Shown one piece after another: positions 38,960 through 49,558 of a stretch of 64,000 nucleotides of DNA; the stretch's first letter is position 1; every line of letters starts with the position of its first letter. A program made the position numbers and the translations under genes. The notes beneath the pieces were generated by a model, which searched no databases, was not told where the DNA came from, and saw nothing but the letters and a program-made list of their open reading frames with translations. Source of the DNA: the human T2T-CHM13v2.0 reference genome, Homo sapiens. The stretch lies in the NCBI RefSeq assembly GCF_009914755.1, contig NC_060933.1, one strand, 5' to 3'.

Positions 38960-39340
38960 CAAAATAGCACTTCTTCCCCACTATCTCATCTAAACAACCC
39001 TTTGCTGACTAATTGAATTACTCTGGCCCACAAACTGATAGACAGCTGCTAAAAATGGTTATTGCATTATTAATTCGCTCCAGCAATTTCACATTAAACC
39101 TATACTGTTAATAATTTTTCCCCTTCTATTTCTTCCCTCTTAATTAGACTATTTAAAACTTTGAAGGAATAGTCTTTCCATGCTAAATGGAGGCATCGGG
39201 CAAATTACATTTTTGATTGAATACTTCTCTGATAGGCCAGCAAATGAGACTGTTGAGTTGTTAATTATTGTCAGAGTTCCACACGACACCTGCTAATGAG
39301 GCAGTCAATCTCAGCTGTCAGTCCCCTGATACTAATGGAG
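38960..39340. promoter_or_regulatory. Candidate conserved enhancer, rich in homeodomain motifs
   Basis: Repeat-free; CTAATTG, GAATTA, ATTATTAATT, TTAATTAG, AAATTAC, TTAATTA, CTAATGA; TGACA/TGTCA sites and CAGCTG/CACCTG E-boxes. Confidence 0.45.
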
Positions 39341-39740
39341 GCTGATGGGATGTACTGGGAAGGATGCTTGCTGGAGGTCCAGGGTGTCCAGTTCCCTGCC
39401 TGTAAATGCAAGGCCAGTGACTTCCCAATTGCTAAAGCAAATGGGAAACTGTGATGAGTGGGGAAGGGGATGGGCAGTGGAACAGAGGTGAGGACAGCCA
39501 GGTGAGGAGAGCACCAGGTGGGCACCATTGGGATGGACCACTTTGTTGTTGTTCAGTAAATACTGCTGGTATTTTTAATCATTGCTGATAGGGCTGTGTG
39601 TCTGCAGTTTCTTGGAAGGTGATGGATATAAGGAGGTGCCTATTGAGCAGTCAGAAGACTTCTTAAGACCCCTGACCTGGACTCTGAATGACCTAGCCCC
39701 AGGCTCCAGAAGATGTTTTGAATTTTCTTCCTTATGTAAC

Positions 39741-39998
39741 CAGGGTTATGCTGGTGTGGACTGAGAGAGGTGTCAAGTCTCATTCAGCAAGACTGGGAGT
39801 GAAAAAAAGGGGATGGCACCCAAGATTGGGTACCCAAGAACTCTATATACTTTTTAAGCAGGGTTATGCTATAACTCTATATACTTCTGAGCAGGGTTAT
39901 GCTGGTGTGGATTGAGAGAGGTGTCCGATTTCATTCAGCAAGACTCGGGGTGACAAAGAGGGGATGGCATCAAAGATTGGGCACTTGGGAACTCTATA
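39741..39998. repeat. Local tandem duplication (~108-bp copies, period 151) with an internal ~32-bp duplicated junction
   Basis: Copies start at 39741 and 39892, with about 16 mismatches by manual alignment. Confidence 0.92.
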
Positions 39999-40919
39999 TT
40001 TAGTCTGGGACAAAGCAAAAGCTCAGTAGAAGGGCAGGGAAGGGAGAAAAATTGGATTTGACTAATAAATATTTACTGAGTACTTTGTATGCATGATAAA
40101 GACTTAAGTTGTCTGTGCAAACTCCCAAGGCAGACATTTTTTGGGAATCATCCTTGACCTTTACAGCGTCTACTTCACAACTACCCACTTCCCCCGCCCC
40201 TCCATTAGATTGCTTCCTGAGGCTCATGGATTCTCCTTCACCAATGCTTCGGAAACTCATTATCTTCTCCCTCTCAATTTTTCCTCCTCCAGGCCCAGTC
40301 CTTCCCATCAACTTCTGGGTTACTGACCCCAATCTAATTATTGCTGAATCTACACCTCCCACCCTCTGCCAAGTGACATCTTCGACCTCATCTCCTACTA
40401 CTCGCCCCAGCTTATGCAGCTCTCCAACATGCCACGTACACTCCCCTGCTCTCCTCTGAGCTTTTGTTTCACCATCTCTAGAACAGGGCATCAACCTGCT
40501 GTGACGTACCTGGCAGGGTTCTGATCAACACACACTGGCTTCCTTCTCCTTGAGCCTTTATCGCTAAGCCTCATCATTCAAACTGATCTTTATGCTTTCC
40601 TGCCATCGGCCTATCCCTTCGAGCCTATTCATTTTATTATGGTGGAGACATGGGTTGTGGGTGGGGATGGGGAGGTTGGCAAGGAAAGGCTAGAACATCC
40701 CTGTCACAGGTGCGAGTCACTGCCCCACAGGGAGACTTCCCTCTCATGGGGGAAGACATGAAGGCAGACCCCTAACTTGGGAGGGGCATCAGGCAACAAA
40801 TTATTGAATTCTTATGAGTTTTAAGGCAGATTCTTAGGTTTTACTTTGCAACTTTGTGGGGGAATATAGTTAACTACATTGAGCAAAAGATTTTAACTTC
40901 TGAAGATATAATCTGGCCA

Positions 40920-41660
40920 CTTTGTTAACTGCACATCGATGCCACAAGTGATTGTTGACAGATTGCAAGGTACTGGACACTGTCTTAGGAGCTAAGATAT
41001 CATAGGTGTCAAAGCAGGCAGGATCTCTGCCCATCAAGAGCATATATTCTAATTTGGGAAGCAAAGGGCCAACGAGTAAGCAAGTAAATGTTCGATAATA
41101 CTAAGACATACAAATATCACATCTCTTGTGTAATTATGAGGCATGGGAGTGATGGTGGTGTGGGGTTGAGTAATTTCAGGAAAATATTAAGAGGTAGATT
41201 TGAGCTGAGATCTTAATGAAGAGAAATCCAGGTAAATGAATGTAGGGGTAGAGAGAGTAAGCATCCAGGCAGTGGCAATAGCAATCACGAAGGGATGGAG
41301 AAGAATATGAGCTTGGATAGTTGCAGGGTCAGAAATAATGCTGGTTTGGCTGAACTGTGAGAATGAGGGGTGGTAGGGGGAAGGGGTAGTAGAGTGCGAG
41401 TTTGAAGAGATAGGACCTTAGAGGCCATGGTAACACACTTGAATATGATGCCAAGGCCAATGGGAAGCTGCTGTGAGTTTAAAGCAGGGGAATGACATGA
41501 TTGGATGCAGGTGCTTTCTGAAGATTACTATGGAGCACCTCTTATATGTGAAGCCCGGTGCCAGGTGGTGGATGCACAATGATGAAGTAGATACAGACAT
41601 CACCTTCTTAGAGTGCCATCTAACAATGGAGACAGACACACAGCCAGGTATCTGATGCAA
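40920..41660 (-). mobile_element. L2 LINE fragments
   Basis: TTTGAGCTGAGATCTTAATGA, GGGAAGCTGCTGTGAGTTTAAAGCAGGGGAATGACATGAT. Confidence 0.7.
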
Positions 41661-41679
41661 TACAAGGACAAACAGCCTG

Positions 41680-42497
41680 GTAGTGGACCCTAATGGCTGC
41701 TCTTTCCTCTGATAGTAATAGACAATTTCATTGGGTTTTTGGCTTCCACATTTCCTAACTTTCCCTGAAGCTGGGTGTGGCTGTGAGATTACACTGTGGC
41801 TAACAGGATATATGTGGAAGTAAGTGATAGCAGCTCCAGGTTTCCTCCTTCAGAGGCAGCTGGTTCTACATTCTGCTGCTCTTCCCCCTGCTTCCATCCT
41901 ACTGCTTCAAATGTGGATGGGAGAGTTACATGCATGTGCCCTGGAACACCCCATGAGAGCTAGACATCAGGGACGCAGGAACAGAAAGCTACAGGAACCT
42001 GGAGTTCTGCATGGAGCACTCCATGCAGGAGCCATTCAGTTCTGCATGGACACAGTAAAGAGCTGCAATTCCAGGCCGGGCATGGTGGCTCACACCTGTA
42101 CTTCCAGCACTTTGAGAGGCCACGGCGGGTGGATCACTTGAGGTAAGGAGTTCGAGACCATCCTGGCCAACATGGCGAAACCCCGTCTCTACTAAAAATC
42201 CAAAAATTAGCTGGGCATGGTGGCACGCACCTATAATCCCAGCTACTCCAGAGGCTGAGGCAGGAGAATCACTTGAAACCAGGAGGTGGAGTTTTCAGGG
42301 AGCCAAGATTGAGCCACTGCACTCCAGCCTGGGTGACAGAGCGAGACTCTGTCTCAAAAAAAAAAAAAAAAAAAAGAGCTACAATTTCAGTCCTAGGTTG
42401 TTACTTCTGTACTTTTACCCAAAAGACAAATCTCCATCTCATGTAGAAGCAGGCTCTATTTTGGGTCTATGCTATTGTAGACTAATTTAATCCTAAG
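41680..42497 (+). mobile_element. Old MLT1-type MaLR LTR (contains an Alu)
   Basis: ACATTTCCTAACTTTCCCTGAAGCTGGGTGTGGC...GATATATGTGGAAGT...ACAGAAAGCTACAGGAACCTGG. Confidence 0.6.
42074..42372 (+). mobile_element. AluS SINE
   Basis: Full Alu; TSD AAAGAGCTGCAATTCCA / AAAGAGCTACAATTTCA. Confidence 0.95.
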
Positions 42498-42722
42498 AGT
42501 TAGCTGTACTAATAAAGTGTTGGCAGGAGAGGGATTTTTTACAGACATTCAAAAAGAAAGGAACTAACTCCAGCTTCCTTAAAACAAATCGAGCACCCCT
42601 CCTGGATTCTTCTTATTACCTACTCTTCATACCTCCCAGTCAATGCTGTAAAATTGGTTGAGACTGGCTTTCTCTGAGAACTCTGGATGCTGATGTTTTT
42701 TGTTTTCTTGTCTTCCCTCTAG

Positions 42723-42759
42723 TCTACTTCAAGCAGACAGAAGGGGAGCCGGAGTGAAG
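42723..42759 (+). other. Candidate 37-nt exon
   Basis: Branch-like GCTGAT, ~25-nt polypyrimidine tract, TAG| acceptor, purine-rich body and AAG|GTGAGT donor. Confidence 0.45.
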
Positions 42760-43830
42760 GTGAGTATGAGGCAGTCCCTTCCCGCAGAGAAGTCTGGAGA
42801 TTCTGCCTCATGTTTATGAGAAAGGCAAGCCAAGACAAGTTTGGATGGGAAACAGGAGCACTTAAGGAATTAAACTACAGCATTCATTTCACAAGAGGGG
42901 GAAAAGATGGAGAGGAAAACAGAATCTAACAAAATGGAGATGGCAACCCCTTTAAAGCTATTACTTATTGGCAAGGATTGTTCCTGAATTTTATTAAGTA
43001 AAAAAAAAAGGCAATGAAAATTCAGCATTTACTAAAACACTACCATTTAAATGGAATAGGAAGAACATACCAATTATGCTGGAACCCACATGAGTCTGTA
43101 CAGGATGCTACACCAGGCAAAAACAAAAAACAAAAACAATACTGACAGGATGATGTGGATGGCCTGTCTGACTGTTCTGGACTGCTCTGTCTTCTGGCTA
43201 AATAATGTCTTCAGGCAGAGATAACAATAAAAAAATTTAATACTTGGTAAATGGAGGGTACCACCAATCAGCCAATCTGAATATGGTGGGGCCCTGGAGA
43301 CCTCAGTTGTGCGAAGTGTTAGTCCTTTTTTTTTTTTTTTCTGGATCAAGGGCAGGTCTGGGGAGTAACTAGCAGAGGGATGGAGGTGATCAGGGCACTT
43401 GGGGGCTCAGGCAGCAGCTATTTAAAAACCAATCCAGATGCAATTCAATATTTTAACAAAACCACACAGTGTGCTGTTGTATATTTGCCGAATATCATCA
43501 GCTCCATTTCCACAAATGAGAAGCTACTGCTCCAAAGAGGTGCCTCGATGCCTTGGATCAAAGAAGCCCGATTTCTTTTCTCAACAGTCACAGAGGTGCC
43601 AATGTTCTGCAAATTTTCTTCCAAGCCCCCTAATGAGCCCAGGAGTCCCAATCAGGAGCAATGCCAGCTGCAACTAATGCACACAAAACACTTTGCAATT
43701 AACAGAGTCGAGTGTGTCATTAAGACAACCTTATGAGGAAGACAATACTCCCAAGTAAGCCCGGAAGCATAATGAAGCTAGGAGGCTAGTATACACCTAA
43801 GTGATGGCCCTATAGCAAAATGGCTTTTTT

Positions 43831-44111
43831 GCTTAGCAAACTAACACAGGAACAGAAAACCAAATACAGCATGTTCTCACTTACAAGTGGGAGCTAAATG
43901 ATGAAACACATGGACACATAGAGGGGAAAAACACACACTGAGGCCTTTCAGGGAGTGGAAGGTGGGAGGGGGGAAGAGGATCAAGAAAAATTACTAATAG
44001 GTACTAGGCTTAATACCTGGGTAATAAAATCTGTACAACAACCCTCCATGACATAGTTTACCTATGTAACAAACCTGTACTTGTACCCTTGAACTTAATA
44101 TAAAAGTTAAA
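43831..44111 (+). mobile_element. L1PA (older primate subfamily) 5'-truncated 3' end
   Basis: CTTAGCAAACTAACACAGGAACAGAAAACCAAATAC...GTGGGAGCTAAATGATG; TSD AAAATGGCTTTT on both sides. Confidence 0.9.
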
Positions 44112-44599
44112 AAAATGGCTTTTGAATTCATTTAGCTCCACAGTCTGAGGCATGGCACAGACAAATGATGGTTGTTCCGTGATTTTCTGTTGATGTTTAT
44201 ATACCCCCCTGTCCATATACAGTGGCTGTTGTAGAAGCAGGTTTGGTTGCCTAGAGTCAGGTTGTTACGTGTGTACATCCCAGCTGTTTTCCCGTTCTAG
44301 ATGTGCAAACTCAGGGAATGTTCTTAAACTCTCTGAACCTTTATTTTTCTTACCTGTAAAGAGGTTAGGGGAGTACTATTTGCCCTGCTAGGTTGTTGTT
44401 AGGAGTTACGCATTAGGAGTAATTACAAAGGGTGCCAATTAATGGTAATTCCCTTAGCAAATCTTCATGTCTGTGCTGGTTGAACATACACTTCTAGGTC
44501 TCACATTTTAAATGAAATAGATAGCAGACTGAATTCCAACAAGTCCATCTCATGGTTCAATACATAGAGGATTTGAGGCTGAGAGAGTCCAGTGACGAG

Positions 44600-44810
44600 A
44601 ATATGGGTTTTAAAGTTCTATATACCAGAATATGAGTCTTATCCCTTCTGTTTAAAATAGCTGTGTGACCTTGGGCAAGTAACTTAACCTCTCTGAACCT
44701 TATGGTCTTTAACATAAAAGTAATACTGCCTACCTTATGGGAAGGTTGTGAGAATTAAGTAAAGTAAGCTATGAACCTAGTATATAGAAGACACTCAGTA
44801 AATGTGAGCT
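44600..44810 (+). mobile_element. MIR SINE
   Basis: AGCTGTGTGACCTTGGGCAAGTAACTTAACCTCTCTGA. Confidence 0.85.
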
Positions 44811-45149
44811 TTTTAAGACATTTCTGTATTTCCAGAAGCATGTTCCTCTGCAAGTCACAAATGGACTTTGGCATGAGCCAGAAAAGAAAGAAAAAAGCAA
44901 AAAGCAAAAAAAAGAAAAAAAAAGACTTCCAGTCACACAGTCTAAAGCACTGGTCTTGCCATCTGGCAGAACAGGATTCAAATTCCATTTCCATCCTTTA
45001 CTTGCTGTGTAATAGAGGCAACTTACGTCACCTCTCTGTGTCAGTTTCCTCAACTGCAAGATAAGGAAGTGATACTGCCTGAACTTGGGGGTATGTTTAC
45101 ATGCTCCCTCTTGTTTTGAGCATTAACTAGTTCATGTATTTGTTTAGTA

Positions 45150-45385
45150 CGATTTATGTTTACCATGTTTCAGGCACCGTTATCACACTTTACCATCTCA
45201 GCCCACTAAATTTAATCTTTATATGAACCTTTGAAGTAAGTACTATTACTATTCCTATTTTACAGGTGAGACATTGGGAAAGAGATGTTGAGTAACTTGC
45301 CTGGGTCACATGGTTAGTGAATGGCAGACCTGGGATTTGATCCCACAGCATTCTGGCTTTGGTGTCAGTTGTCTTAATTACCGAG
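45150..45385 (-). mobile_element. MIR SINE
   Basis: CCTATTTTACAGGTGAG...GTAACTTGCCTGGGTCACATGGTTAGT...GGGATTTGA. Confidence 0.8.
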
Positions 45386-45399
45386 CTGTGGGGCAACTA

Positions 45400-46120
45400 A
45401 CATCATCACCACCATCACCACTACCACCACCACAACCAATGCCATCATCATCACCACCACCACCACCATCACTACTACCAATAAACCACCACCATTACCA
45501 CCAACATCATCATCACCACTACCATCATCACCACTACCACCATCACCACTATCACCACTACCACCATCACCATCAAAACTACCACTAAAACCACCACCAC
45601 CACCAATACCATCAGCACCACAACCATCACCACCACCACCACCACAATTATCACCACCACCACCATCACTACCACTAAAACCACCACCACTATCACCATC
45701 ACCACCACCACCATCACCACCACAACCATCACCACCACCACTACCACAATTATCACCACCACCATCATCATCACTATCAGTAAAACCACCACCACCACCA
45801 CCGCCACCACCACCACAGCTATCACCATCACCACCATCATCATCACCACTACCACTAAAACCACCACCACTACCACCACCACCACTGCCACCAACACCAC
45901 CACCTCCATCACTACCACCAACACCATCACCACCACCAGTACCACAACCATCACCATCACCACCACCACCACTACCACCATCACCACCACCACCACCATC
46001 ACCACCACCACCACTACCATCACCACTACCACCCACCATCACCACCACCAACATTCCAACCATCACCATAATCAGAATTATAACCACTCCCACCACTACA
46101 ATCACAGCCACCACTACAAC
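45400..46120. repeat. Degenerate (CAC/CAT/TAC)n trinucleotide array, ~720 bp
   Basis: Plus strand almost devoid of G; triplet periodicity throughout. Confidence 0.97.
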
Positions 46121-46134
46121 CCCAGGTACTGCCA

Positions 46135-46310
46135 AACCACATTTATTGTGTGCTGATGAGGTGCCAAGCACTTTACATGCATGGTCTCATTGCATTCTCA
46201 CAACAATCCTATGGGGTAGGTTAAGCAATTTGCCCAAGGTCACTCGATCAGCAAGTGCTAGTACTTGCACTTGACTTAGGTCCTCTGGTCACCAAACCCA
46301 TGCTCTTGGA
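46135..46310 (-). mobile_element. MIR SINE
   Basis: CATTTATTGTGTGCT...GTGCCAAGCACTTTACATGC...CTCACAACAATCCTATG...TTGCCCAAGGTCAC. Confidence 0.8.
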
Positions 46311-46879
46311 CACTTTATTAGATTGCTGAAACTGCAAAAAGCACCCAACATGTCATCAGGCACATAACTAACATTTTCCAGAGACATTTCTCTCTTCCAG
46401 GAATTTTCAAGCTGTAAAGTTTGGGTTTTCTGACAGCCCTTGAGCACTTCAGTATCAATCTTTTCACCTTGTCTAATTTGAAGGGTGAATCTGGTGGCTT
46501 CAGATGACAAATGAACCCACACACAGCTTCACCTCGTTCTCATTTACCAAAACTCTGCCCAAGGCTTGGCACACCTTGTTTATGTCTTTGGAAAAGAAAA
46601 AATGATGAGCAAAGGTAGGTGGCAGAGCCCTGTCTAGCTCCTTAGGGGCTGGACAAATTGTTAGATGTGAGAGCACATTGATGGGAAACATAGGACTCTA
46701 GGGCCTTGAATATAAGAGGTGTGAAGGACCCTTCATTGTTTGAATTGTATGTGTCGGATTTTTAATTTGGTTTAACTTTATAAACACAGGCCTGGTAACT
46801 TATGAGAGGATCCTGGGCTCAGCCAATGCTAGGACAACAACCTTGATTTCCCCTTCTATCCATCTTTCATACTGAGCTA

Positions 46880-47355
46880 GAATAATGGTTCTAGAATGGA
46901 GGTCTGGTAATTCTTTTTCCTCCTTAAAATGCTTTCATGGTTTCAGATTGCCTTCAGGAGAAAGACAGGACCCCTGAACATAATCTAAGAGGCTCTTCAT
47001 GGTTGACTCCTGAGCAACCACTCACCCCTCAGCTTCCTTCTCCCACCTCCTTCCTTATTCCCTGTCACCACCCATCACTCTAGTCATCCAGGGCAATCTG
47101 CCTGCTCCTGAACATGTTAGATATTGCATCCTCTTGGTCTTCTTCTGACTCTCACACTTCCCTCAGATCTCATTTGGGACTTCATTTTCCTCTGGGACAG
47201 TTCACATCTGCCTATTCTCTAAACCTTTATTTACTGGCACTATCTATTATTTCTCTACCAAGGCCAGGGACTTGTATTCTCTACTGCCTAGCCCAGAGTC
47301 TGACACATAATGAGTAGGCCTTCCATAAATATCTATTGGTTGAATGAATAAATAA
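46880..47355 (+). mobile_element. L2 3' fragment
   Basis: CTTAAAATGCTTTCATGG...ending GGTTGAATGAATAAATAAATGA. Confidence 0.6.
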
Positions 47356-47689
47356 ATGAGCATGTCCAAGGATCAAGTTCAAGAACTACATTACTTTTGG
47401 GGGAGTGGGTAGAAAGATATGCATTTGAGGTTTAGGACAAGAAAACATTGCAAAAGGAATTGAAATTAAAAAAAATCAGTAATTGTTCTCTGATTCCTAT
47501 TTGACCCTGGTATTATACATAATTAATTTGATAAATATGTGTTAGTTTTTACTGAATTGCCAAGCAACATGCTGCCCTCATCTGCAGAGATAAATGTGAC
47601 ATCTTTTCTGCCTTCATAAAGCTCACTGTCTAACATGGGAAGCAGATACACTGAAACTAAGCTCACAAAATATCTGTCAGCTGTTTGAA

Positions 47690-47890
47690 GACATACTGTG
47701 TACCAGGCCTTTTCATACATAATTTCTAATTTTCTCGGCAACCTTTGTGAGATAGGCATTGATTCCATTTTTACAGATGAGGAAACAAGCACGCGAGGTT
47801 TAAGTTGGTAACTTTCCTTTGTTCAATCATGCAGTGGAGTGACAGAAATATGAAATGACAACTTCTTAACACCTGTGGTCTTTCTACTAT
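47690..47890 (-). mobile_element. MIR SINE
   Basis: CCATTTTTACAGATGAGGAAACAAGC. Confidence 0.75.
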
Positions 47891-48809
47891 ACTACCTTAC
47901 TTCACCCTCTCCTGTACTGTAATACACTAGAATACCACTTTGCACATTTGCAATCATTTTTATGCATGCCGCCTCATGTCAGTGCCATGAAGCACTGTTT
48001 GCAATGTAGAGAAGGATGCTAATACAATCCTTGGTTGACAAATGGGAAAACTGAGACCCTGAAAGTTTTGGTCCTATGTTAATGCAAATCAGAACAGAAT
48101 CCTGGTTTCCTGATGGTGGAGACTTTTCCTTGTTACTCTAAAAATACACCCTCCGAAATCATGCACCTCCAGTTCCAAATACGTAACTCCTTTGGTCCAC
48201 AAGGAGCACTGACATTACCTCCCCAGGGCGGATCAACGGCACTGCCCTTGAGCTGGCTGCTGGCAGTTTCACAGGCCCCCTGAGTCCTCAACAATACCCC
48301 CCACTCCAAAGCAGTGCTTATATGAAGTTTGATTTCAGGCCTTTATCCAATTGCTCCCCACTCAGCTAGCTGAAAGGGCCCTGGAGATCATGGCCAGCCC
48401 TTTGCCCCATTTGAGGACAATGCATTGGCCCAAAACACAACACATTATCTGGGCTTCAATATATTATCACAATATTGTTTTCTTCAGACTGATAACAATT
48501 CATTGCTTTAAGTACACAGGGGCATAATTCCAAAAGAGAATTGATTATCTTTCTGAGATAACTCTTGCTATTAAAAAAAGGGAATATTCCCAGGAAGGGA
48601 TTTCCTTTGCCCTCCTTGTTTCTCTAGGTCTTATTTCCACAATTTAACTCAACAAACATTTACTTTCTTTACTATGTGCCAAACACTGTGTTAAGATTTG
48701 AAAGGACAAGGACAAATATGAATAGGACACTTCCTATTAGGGTACCCACTCTGTTATAAAAAGAAAGATGTGTGAAACAGTAGTACTAACTCAGAAATGC
48801 TGGAGAACA

Positions 48810-49065
48810 CGGTGGTAATCAGCTCAGGCTTTGCTGGTGGGCCAGTCATGGGTTCAAATCCCGGTTCTGTCACTAGCTGGTACAATTTTGGGCCAGTGAT
48901 TTAACCTCATAGTCTCAATTTTCTCATCTGGCATAATGAAGACAGTCATAGTGCCAACACTGTGGCCTTATTTAACAATGAAATAGTAGCTAGCTATTAG
49001 TAGTAGTAGTAGCTATAGTAAGATACATGGTAGCTAGCACACAGAAAATACTCAATAAAATAATC
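48810..49065 (+). mobile_element. MIR SINE
   Basis: GGGTTCAAATCCCGGTTCTGTCACT...TTTTCTCATCTG. Confidence 0.75.
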
Positions 49066-49558
49066 ACTTTTATTATAACAATAAAATTATTGTTTTATTA
49101 TTTAAATAATTTTAACTTTAATAAAATATTTGCTTTTGTTATTTAAAAAATTTATTATTATTATCATTATTCCAACTCTTCTGACCCTCCAAGAGTCACC
49201 CTGGAGGACAGGCATTATATGCTTTTCTTCTTTGTAACTCCCCATCCTTCGTGTCTACCAAAGGGCTCATCACACATTTGATTCTCAATAAGATTTAGCT
49301 GACTGTATTTTAGACAGATACAGCTAAACAGAAATAAAATCATTTGTGTCATTCTTTTGTATTTTTTTTTCCAAATTGAGCTAATCACACACACATGCAA
49401 ATCTTGGGTGGCAAAAACCTACTATGTACAGGCCTGTTCTGAGTGCTAGAGAGGGAAATGAATACAATACCAATGTGGTCTCATAAAGCTCACAGCTCCA
49501 CAGTGAAGGGAAGCAGTCAGTTTTCACAATGACTCAGGTGGAAAAATGATAACAAATA

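Noticed and set aside
39741-39998. CRISPR-like repeat-spacer pattern (CAGGGTTATGCT three times)
   Set aside because: The intervening sequences are duplicates of each other rather than unique spacers, the context is eukaryotic and there are no cas genes.
40000-40494. 164-aa and overlapping 116-aa ORFs
   Set aside because: No recognisable domain; the sequence is pyrimidine-skewed and probably decayed L2, and the lengths are compatible with chance.
45374-46171. 265-aa Gly-rich and 185-aa Val-rich ORFs as genes
   Set aside because: Both are by-products of the (GGT/GAT)n repeat, both are called from GTG starts, the longer one begins and ends in MIR sequence, and there is no gene context.
48810-48880. 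tRNA-like B-box GGTTCAAATCCC
   Set aside because: It is the tRNA-derived head of a MIR, with no cloverleaf.
49060-49172. AT-rich quasi-palindrome (AACAATAA-AA-TTATTGTT) as a structured element
   Set aside because: Low-complexity AT expansion at a MIR tail; short stems are expected at this composition.
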